Shown here in pieces: positions 52,356-64,000 of a DNA stretch of 64,000 nt. The notes under the pieces are model-generated. The model ran no database searches. It had not been told where the DNA came from and saw only the letters and a program-made list of their open reading frames with translations. Within the stretch, counting starts at the first letter, position 1. Every line of letters starts with the position of its first letter. A program made the position numbers and the translations under genes. The DNA is from Octopus vulgaris (lineage: Eukaryota), in assembly GCA_951406725.2 (NCBI GenBank), contig OX597819.1, positions 3,286,001 to 3,350,000 on the forward strand. Reading direction: 5' to 3'.

Positions 52356-53620
52356 TGCAGACTTTGTGGAGTTAACACAGGAGTATCACCCACATCATAA
52401 GCAGTTGTCCAAAATTGTCCTACCGATGAGACATGATGTAGCTAGGACACCGTATAATGAGATGCGTCCAAGAGATAACCCCGAGGACAAAGAAATAAGA
52501 ACCCACAGTATGGTGGAACATACGATGAATCGGCCATACATACATACACACACACATACATAGATACATACACACACACACACATGCATACATACATATA
52601 CACACACACCGAGTAAAAAATTTCAGTTATCTCTCTCTTTCACACATTACTCTGTCTCTTCACACACACTAACAGAAGCACTTCACTTACACAACATACT
52701 GTCTCCCACACCCCATCAAACACACACACACACACACACATGTACATCAATGCTTCCCCTAGACGGTAACTTCAAAGACAAACTTCCCTCGTCATAAAAT
52801 CGCTTCCTCTTAGTCTCTTTCGCTCTCATTACTTATGTAAAAAAATAAAAGTTTTTTACGGAAATCGACGGAAAAGTTGTGCTACGACAAGCGAAACTTC
52901 GCCAACATCTTTTTCTCTTGGCTTTATTGAGAAAATTCTATGGTTTGTAAGATATTTGTTGTATTTTTTCTTCAATTTCTGCAATTTCAACCAATCAGTG
53001 ATGTCCATTGAGGTAAAAAAAACATTCTGTACCGTATGAATATGTCCCTCGTTTAAGAAACAGATTGGTTTTATTTACATTTGTGAAGAAAAAAAGATAC
53101 CCTTCCCCCCACCCCCACCCCTAACCCTAAAAGAGATTGAAATGCAATAGATCGATACTAGGGTCATAATTATGGGTGACAATTTCATATGACACCGCTA
53201 GAAAAACTGCCGTTCAAACCGAAAAGATCCACCTGATATAATGATTTGGGATAGAGAAGAGAAACTGTACAGTTGTGGGAATCAGCTGCCCTGTAGATGT
53301 TAACATAAAGCTGGAGATCAATGAAAAAGAGAATATTTACGCTGAACTATTGAGAAATCTGCAGTTACTCTATCCAGATTACAAGCTCAGGTCTATAACT
53401 GTAATTATTGGGGCACTGGGATATGTAATACATTACCTAAATGCCAATGTTGAGAAATTAGGCTTCCCAAAATCAGAAAGGAGAAAGCTGATTCGAAGAC
53501 TACAGATTTAATCCATCACTGGAACTAAAAATCTGTAAAACTTTCCAGAAGTTTATTATTTAAGTATATATGAGCATGTCTAGATATGCAAGCATGTGCA
53601 TGAGAATACATACATACAAC
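52356..53620 (+). mobile_element. R4/Dong-type (restriction-like endonuclease) non-LTR retrotransposon 3' remnant, interrupted at about 52540-53227
   Basis: CRLC...THIISSC knuckle and RHD at 52356-52440; PDIMIWD...ISCPVD...EKENIY...VIIGALG...SITGT at 53230-53560. Confidence 0.8.
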
Positions 53621-53651
53621 AAAACATACAAATCTGCATGTATACACACAC

Positions 53652-53704
<53 letters not shown>

Positions 53705-53974
53705 TATATTGAAATGGATAAATGAATTATCTTGTTACGGATTATTCAAAAGATAACCGATACCTGGGTAGCAAAAATCACAACTGAAAAATCACGGTTG
53801 AGGTTACGACCATGGGGTCTCAAACCCGTGCCTTAGTGCGGAAATTTGAAGTTTATATATTTAGTGTATATATTTAGTGTAGGCCATATGTAGAAAATAA
53901 TAAAAAGGAATTTTGTTAAATCTTCGTTCAGCTCCATTTCTTCCTACACTAAATATATATATATATATATATAA

Positions 53975-55335
53975 TACATGCATGCGCACATACATACATA
54001 CATACATACATACACACATACATACATACATACATACATACGTACATACATACACACATACACACATACATACATACATACATACATATATACATACACA
54101 CATACATACATACATACATACATACATACATACATACACACATACATACATACATACATACATACATACATACACACATACACACATACATACATACATA
54201 CATATATACATACACACATACATACATACATACATACATACATACATACATACATACATACATACATACACACATACATACATACACACATACACACATA
54301 CATACATACATACATACATACATACATACATACATACACACATACATACATACATACATACACACATACACACATACATACATACATACATACATACATA
54401 CATACACACATACACACATACATACATACACACATACACACATACATACATACATACATACATACATACATACATACACACATACATACATACATACATA
54501 CACACATACATACATACATACATACATACATACATACACACATACACACATACATACATATATACATACACACATACATACATACATACATACATACATA
54601 CATACATACATACATACATACATACATACATACATACATACATACATACATACACACATACATACACACATACATACATACATACATACATACATACATA
54701 CATACATACATACATACATACATACATACATACATACATACATACACACACACATACATACATACATACATACATACATACATACATACATACATACATA
54801 CATACATACATACACACATACATACATACATACATACATACATACATACACACATACACACATACATACATACATACATACATATATACATACACATACA
54901 TACATACATACATACATACATACATACACACATACATACATACATACATACACACATACACACATACATACATACATACATACATATATACATACACACA
55001 TACATACATACATACATACATACATACATACACACATACATACATACATACATACACACATACACACATACATACATACATACATACATATATACATACA
55101 CACATACATACATACATACATACATACACACATACATACATACATACATACATACATACATACATACACACATACACACATACATACATACATACATACA
55201 TACACACATACATACATACATACACACATACATACATACACACATACATACATACATACATACATACATACATACACACATACATACATACATACATACA
55301 TACATACACACATACATACATACATACACACATAC
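53975..55335. repeat. About 1.36-kb (TACA)n microsatellite with CACA/TATA variants
   Basis: Directly visible; it generates the spurious 460-516 aa ORFs. Confidence 0.98.
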
Positions 55336-55615
55336 AACAAACAAAAATACCCTGTTGATGTTGCTGAAATTCCAATGAAGGAGCCTCGGATCTAGGTTAG
55401 ACGCCAGCTCTTTATTGACATAAAATCTTGAGACCTGATAATCACACACACACACACACATACCCCACCCCCGAGAAACGAGGTTTATATTCATAACTGG
55501 AGTTTATTTTATGGATAGGAACGACAATGATATGAAGGACAAAGTTGATTTTAAAATCCCAGTGCAAATATATATGATGTTGAAATTATAGCCCTGAAAT
55601 TATATAGTTGTCGAG

Positions 55616-55672
<57 letters not shown>

Positions 55673-55694
55673 GAGATGCAGCACGGATTTTTTG

Positions 55695-55737
55695 TCAGTG
55701 AAGAGGTCGCGGTCTTAAAGCGACGAAAATATTTTGA
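55695..55737 (+). ncRNA. Degenerate minimal hammerhead motif (C3->G) in a TA-flanked element
   Basis: UCA-gUGAAGA-G-GUCGC(loop)GCGAC-GAA-AAUAUU-U-UGA; palindromic stem III. Confidence 0.4.
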
Positions 55738-55852
55738 GAAATTAAACTTAAATGTTGAAGTGAATCGAACGGCTTTTGTGTGTTTCTTAAATGGCTTACA
55801 AACACCTTCCACGCTGTAATTGTTTTCGTTTCAGCAAGTACATCTCCGTAAT

Positions 55853-56224
<372 letters not shown>

Positions 56225-56225
56225 A

Positions 56226-58800
56226 CTAGGAGGAGTACTTGGCGTTGCTCGGGCATTAAGTACTCGGCAATGGTCTTAATAGGTTCTACCATTTTTTTTG
56301 TTGTTGTATATCTCTTTGAATATTTTTTGCGTTAAGTTACAAACATTGACATTGAGGAAGAAGTGATTTTTCCCATAGGCCATAAATAAAGTAGTAACAA
56401 CAGGGTGAAAAGCCTTGGAGAAGCTACAAGAGCATTGCAGGAGGTGCAACAATTGAATGTTAAGTAACCCTGAAAAGGATTGTTATCGTTCTCAACAATG
56501 GCCCTGAAAATATTGCTTATTCACAGGTATAAACTTCCCTTTTCGTTCACATGAAAGCTGTCTGCAAAGAGATTGAGAAGCTGTAGCGGACAAAAAAAAA
56601 AAAAAAAAAATTAGGGAAAACAGGTAATTTTGAGAGAAAGGCAACAATAGTACTCACTCACCATAAATCTGTTCGGCAGGGAAGCTGCGGTATGTTGGAC
56701 GCCTACAGCACCTCACGGCAGACGACACTTTTCGTTTTGGCTTTCGGGCCGAACACGAAAAGGATTTTTTGCATCCGACTCCGAGAAGCATGGTTGGCCT
56801 AAATGAAGGCCTATTGTTGTTAGTGTTTGGCCTTGGGACATGTTGATGGATATGGCAAAGCAAAGTCGAAGAGGGAACTGAAGTCGATGCAAGGGACAGG
56901 GACATTGCTTATCTGATGGAGTAAGAGATATCCTGGGTATAAAGATGTTGTCTCTGATGTCGCAACCCATAAGAATTGTTGCTTCAATAAAATGAGGCAG
57001 CACATTTTTTTACCGCTAAACGCGTTCCGTTGCACAGACGTGGTGGCTCCAGGTTCCTCAGCAGCATGACCGGGGCTCCAATTTTGAGGTGCAGTTGATG
57101 AGGCGGTAGTCTTGAGGGGTCCGAGGAATTGAAGAATTCTGTGGGAAAATTAACGGCCTCTTCTTGGTCCACAACAGTGTCCACAGACTTATAGGTGTGA
57201 AGGTTTCCAGGAAGGCTTCGCAGTAGGTTTTCATTGAGTTTCGCAACAAATGTGTTTTTGGAAGCTAATATGGCTCTTTCGCAAAGCCAATTCAGGTTTT
57301 GGTAGTTTATGTGCAGATCGGGAAAAACAGCAGTCGTAAGGTCGTCCACAGTGTTCACAGGTGTGCCTACGTGTGAGACAGCCATCTCTTCAGCTGCATC
57401 GGAGGGAGTTGTACCGCCACCAACGGTGAGAAGTTGCTTGGAGAAGTCGCCCGATAAGTTGTCGCCGAAACGCTGGGCCTTCATGTTTGTTGTAAGGGTC
57501 AAAATTGTCCTGCCACAGGGAAGATAACTTAATGCAAGCCATTACAGCGTCGGCTCTGGTGCCTTTTGGAATTATGGAAGCGCCTCCCATGGGGCTAATG
57601 CAGCCCTTGATGTCTTTCAGGGTCCTGTCCAGTGATTCAAGGGATCCTTAATGTGCCATGGTGCATTCGTCCTAAACAATGAACTGGCACCTTTGCAGTA
57701 TTTCTGCTTTGTCTGAGTTTTTTTGTAATATTGCAGGTGGCTGAGTCGGACGCAGAAGCATTGAACGGGAGTTTGAAAAATGAGCCGTCCTACCCCCGGG
57801 TAGTAGAGTCGTGGAAATTCCGGAAGAAGCTACAGCTAAAGCGATCCTCTTTTGCTGGCATACTTTTGTAAGGAGTTTAGTCACGAATGCTTTACCAGTT
57901 CCTCCTGGGGCATCTAAAAAGAAAATACCTCCTTTGCGTTAACGAATGGAAGTGTAGACAGCGCTGTATTCGTGCTGCTGGTCCTGAAGCAGCTTCGGCT
58001 CATATTCCTCGATGTATTGTTGAAGAGCATCAACGCCGCAAACTGTTTCCTGAATAACGCCTGTTGGTAGTGTGTGTGCGAACCCGTTCTGCTGACTTTC
58101 GGTAGAGCATAAAATGAAAGGTCGTTACCGCCGGCAGTAAGTAGGCCGTCCTCAATGTCGATGAGTGCTCTCTTTGAAGAATTTGTCGCTGAAACCGACG
58201 TTCAAGTGAGGCACCAGATGTGGTGGTAGTCCTCTGAAAGATCTTCCGTGCAGTTCTCCCATAAGGTTACAGGATCACTGAGTTCACATGTTTGCAGTTG
58301 TACTGCAAAGAGCTTTCGAAGACTCCTCGCCGAGCGTATTGTAGCTGCTTCCGCCATTGTTGCGTCCCACTAAGCGCCGTCTTCTAGCAGGTCGCGTTTA
58401 AGGCAGGCTTCGCGGTATGTAGCAAAAACTTCACCGTTGAAGCTTTTCAGGTCGTTGAAAGATGTCGGTCCCGTGACCTCATGTAGCAGTAGGCGAAGGT
58501 AAAAACATTCCTGTTGGTTAGGGCGAACTGTGTAAACTCTTCCAAGGATGGGGAAAGATTTTAAGTTTGGCTGTCCCTCGACGGGTTGTTTTTGTTTCCT
58601 TAATTCCCAAATGCGTGATTTCTTTTCCCAAATGTAATATGATGGAACCTGGGGATACAGGAGGGTCTTAGCGAAGGGATCAGTTGTGCATAGTTTAAAG
58701 AAGGCGGTGAGCGCGGTGTCCTTGGGTTCTTGTGCCAGCTGAACAGCATTAGAGCTGGAGAAGTAGACTCTCTGGCCGTTCTCAAGATGCAAAACTTGAA
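56226..58800 (-). mobile_element. Decayed Helitron (Rep/Hel linker and PIF1 helicase remnants) with 3' hairpin-CTAG end
   Basis: Minus-strand peptides GRVYTV.P...ECFYLRLLL, FFLDAPGGTGK, AVASSGI..LLPGGRTAH, VMLLRNL.PPRLCNGTRL and QFPLRLCFAISINMSQGQTL, with frameshifts; CTAG at 56226-56229 lies downstream of the ORF. Confidence 0.92.
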
Positions 58801-59223
58801 CCCCTCCCCCACAAAAAACCCTGATTTTTTTCATAGTTTTTCACGTTTATTTTTTGTCGCACCGAGATGCCTTTGGACATAGAACAGATACTTGATAGAA
58901 CCGCTGTTATATGGTGTTCTTTTTAGCCGTAAAAACCAAGGAAATCGGACCTTCCAGTAAAAAGTTTTCTACCGTGTAACTTTGCAAAAATGCGAAAAAT
59001 CGATTTTTTTCAAATTTTTTCGCAATTTTCTTAGCAATCGGAGGCCCCAAGGTAGTGCCAAAATATTTGTCTGAAATGTCGCAACACGGCGGTTCTTTTG
59101 GCACCAAAAATTATAAAAATCGGATGTTCCTGGGCACCTTGGGCAAGTGTCTTCTAGTATAGCCCCGGGCCTACCAAAGCCTTGTGAGTGGATTTGGTAG
59201 AGGGAAACTGAAAGAAGCCCGTC

Positions 59224-59290
<67 letters not shown>

Positions 59291-60701
59291 TGTGTCTGTG
59301 TTTGTCCCCACAACATCGCTTGACAACCGATGCTGGTGTGTTTACGTCCCCGTTAACTAGCGGTTCGGCAAAAGATACCGATACAATAAGTACTAGGCTT
59401 ACAAAGAATAATTCCTGGGGGTCGATTTCCTCGACTAAAGGTGGTGCTCCAGCATGGCCGCAGTCAGATGACTGAAACAAGTAAAAGAGTAAAAGAGAGT
59501 ATATATATATATAATTCAAAATATCGATAATCATGATAACAACGAAGGAAAATATATGTCTAAAGGGGAATAATCATTCAGAGTCATTGGTTGTCTCCCT
59601 TGTTATTTTACTTGCCTACTGGAATTAGGAAACCCTTTTGTATTATCAGAATTAAAATACCACCGGAGCATTACTACTCAAATATATCGGTAGCACGTGG
59701 TACGCACATCGTGGGTAGTATATTGTAGTGTTGGCGTTAAGGTACAATGTTTTCTATTTATATATGTACGCCTGTCTGTATGACACACGTGAATAATTCT
59801 GAATAAATATTCTTTTGTTCTTTTCTGTCAGTCATTTGACTGCGTCTTAAAGGATTTTTTAGTCGAAAAAATCGAACCCCAGGACTTATTCTTTGTAAGC
59901 ATAGTACTTATTCTATCGATCTCTTTTGGGGACACGCTAAGTTGGGGGAGGGGGGGGGCGGACGTAAACACACCAACATCGATTGTCAAGCGATGGTAGG
60001 GTTGACAAATTCAGACACAAAGACAGATTCACACAAATATATACATATATATATCAAGTTGAGTAAAAAGTAAGTAACCTTTTGAACCATGAAGAATCTG
60101 TACTGCATTTTTGCAGAGTTTTGAATTTTTAAGAACATTTTTTTTTGCAATTGTCTGACAATACAGACATAGACTTCCCAAATGCATCAATAAAGTAACA
60201 TTGATTTTTTTTTTTAACCGTTGTTACTATCATCTCTCTCGACTTGTTCGTGAATGTTGTTCAAAAAGTTTGGCATAAGTTGTGATATTTTTGGTTAATT
60301 TGTTAAATTTGCGCTGTTGAATTATTACCTTGTTGAACTTTTCTTGAGTGTTTTTTTTAAACACCTATTTTTCTGCTTGTGACAGTCCTCTGTTAACGTT
60401 TACCCCTTGTGTGAAGGGGGAAATATTGTACTTCTCAAAATAAATAAATAAAATAAAAAAGACAAATCCCCTATAAAAGCCAAGACCAGTAGTGAACCAG
60501 GTACAAGTGAATGGAAATATATCAGAAGCGTAAAAGGCAGTACGGTTTTAAATAGCATGCTGACAGGGGAAGGGTTTATTCAAGGAAGAAAAGCTAGCAA
60601 TTTTGCTGCAGCGGCCGGCGTCTCAGAAAAGCCAATAAATTGTGGAAGCGATGAGCTCGGAAAATACAAAGGTTTGAAGAAAAAGGGAAGGGAGTGAAAC
60701 A

Positions 60702-61250
60702 GTGATTATCCCTCCCAGTGAAACGAATTATAATGCACTGCGGTGCACTATGATATACAAATCATTTGTGACCAAAGCAATAGAACTGGATAACGAAAGT
60801 AAAGAAGCAGTGGAGTTGTGCCTCCGTTCAGTTTGGAACGACGTGGCATACGTCACAAGAGGAGTGAAGTATGCTACAATAGAAGTCCATTTCAAAACCG
60901 AGGAAAAGGCAAAGCAAGCGCCGACGACACCATTAAAAACTGTGGAGATGGTACTCCTACCTACTTATATTGGAAGACAGACTTCCAAGATTAAGGTAGG
61001 AGACATCCCACCCGAAGTAGACCTCGTTTGGCTGGTGGCAGCTATAATAAACGGCTTGGAGGATAAGATTACAATTCTCCAAGCCCCAGCGCTGGGACTG
61101 CAGAATTGGCAGGGGCCAGGCCTCAAAATGATTACACAGGATGCTCTGGCTGATGTAGAAAATATTATAGAAACTATACAGGTGGGGGAGACTAAGTTGC
61201 GAGTCACGGTAGAGGGGAGGAAGCCTCGTTGCTACAAGTGTGGTCAAAAG
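60702..61250 (+). mobile_element. ORF1/gag-like fragment of an L1/Tx1-type non-LTR element, truncated by a SINE
   Basis: VTVEGRKPRCYKCGQK(H) is an incomplete CCHC knuckle, preceded by a KIKVGDIPPEV segment; SINE sequence begins at about 61249. Confidence 0.65.
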
Positions 61251-62216
61251 CATTTTGCACAACATTCTTACGATTCTGCCAGTTTGCCGCCTTGCTGCCT
61301 TCAATAAGTGTCAAATTTTAGCACAAGGCCAGCAATTTCGAGTGAGCGGGTAAATCTATTACATCGAGTTCAGTGCTCTGCTTGTACTTATTTTATCGAC
61401 TCCAAAATTATGAAGGGCAAAGTCAACCTCAGCGGAATTTGAATTCTGAACGTAGGACGGACGAAATGCCGCTAAGCATTTTGTCCGGCATGCTAACGAT
61501 TCTGCCAGCTCTCCGCCTTAACTTCATCTAAAATATTACTATAAACACTAACAATTAACTGGACATCAACATGGACTTTAGTATATGTAAATATAGTTAC
61601 ATGATTCTTGTAGCGAAGTACATGGAGGCCAACAGAGGATTTTATAGGTACGTAACAAGCATGGACATTGTATTATGCTTATACAATTTAATCTAAAATA
61701 ATTACTGGAGACCGAAAGTATTAATTAACTGGACATGAAGATCGACTTAGATATAAGTAATTATAATTTCGTGATTCTTGTAGCGAAATATAATAGATAT
61801 TGGCTTCAAAGGCACAAGGCCAGCTACTACAGGGGAGGAGGTAAGTCAATTACATCAACCACTGTACTCAACTAGTCCTTATTTTTTCGGCCCTGAAAAG
61901 ATGAAAGTTAAAGTCGACCATGCCAGAATTTGAACTTAGAACACGAAGACTGGCGGAGTGGTGCTAAGCATTTTGTCCAGCGCGGTAACGATTCTGCCAA
62001 TTGGTTACGGATAGCATCTTAAGAAAGCTGCTTACACGACGCCAAGTATCAAAGAACATTGAATGTCCCAGACCAGATATTCACTGTTCTTTAACACTCA
62101 TGTAAAGAGCTTTCCTAGGACGCTATCCTGCAGCAAATGATCGCTTAAACAAAATATATACAGTGAATGTGCAACCGATAATGTTTACATTGTTAGATCT
62201 GCTTTTAATTAGAAAT

Positions 62217-64000
<1,784 letters not shown>

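Noticed and set aside
56713-58834. Cellular PIF1 helicase gene
   Set aside because: Intronless, frameshifted, carries the Helitron-type linker region and a hairpin-CTAG terminus.

Overview
AT-rich, microsatellite- and transposon-dense animal DNA; the repeat landscape suggests an octopod cephalopod (inference). Two spliced protein-coding genes can be assembled by hand, and the ORF track shows little or none of their conserved coding exons. (1) PPP4R2 (PP4 regulatory subunit 2) on the + strand: 7 coding exons, 4495/4528-34306, about 609-620 aa, with a 22-kb intron 2. (2) MEIG1 on the - strand: coding exons 48152-48018 and 43551-43423, 87 aa, convergent with PPP4R2, with a probable non-coding first exon near 52.0 kb next to an RFX X-box. 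A third gene may start divergently at about 3300 on the - strand. The rest is RTE-, CR1/L2-group, R4/Dong- and Tx1-type LINE remnants, tRNA-SINEs, a decayed Helitron plus non-autonomous Helitrons, a Tc1/mariner element, TTAA MITEs and very long (TACA)n and (TA)n arrays. Worth a second look: a 556-bp structured non-coding element arrayed in (TAA)n, candidate poison-exon and recursive splice signals in PPP4R2 intron 2, a 160-bp palindrome, Penelope-type minimal hammerheads, SINEs that share one head but carry tails of two different LINEs, and an in-frame RTE/CR1 chimeric ORF. No CRISPR array, rRNA or true tRNA was found. Family assignments rest on recalled motifs, not database searches, and TE boundaries are approximate.
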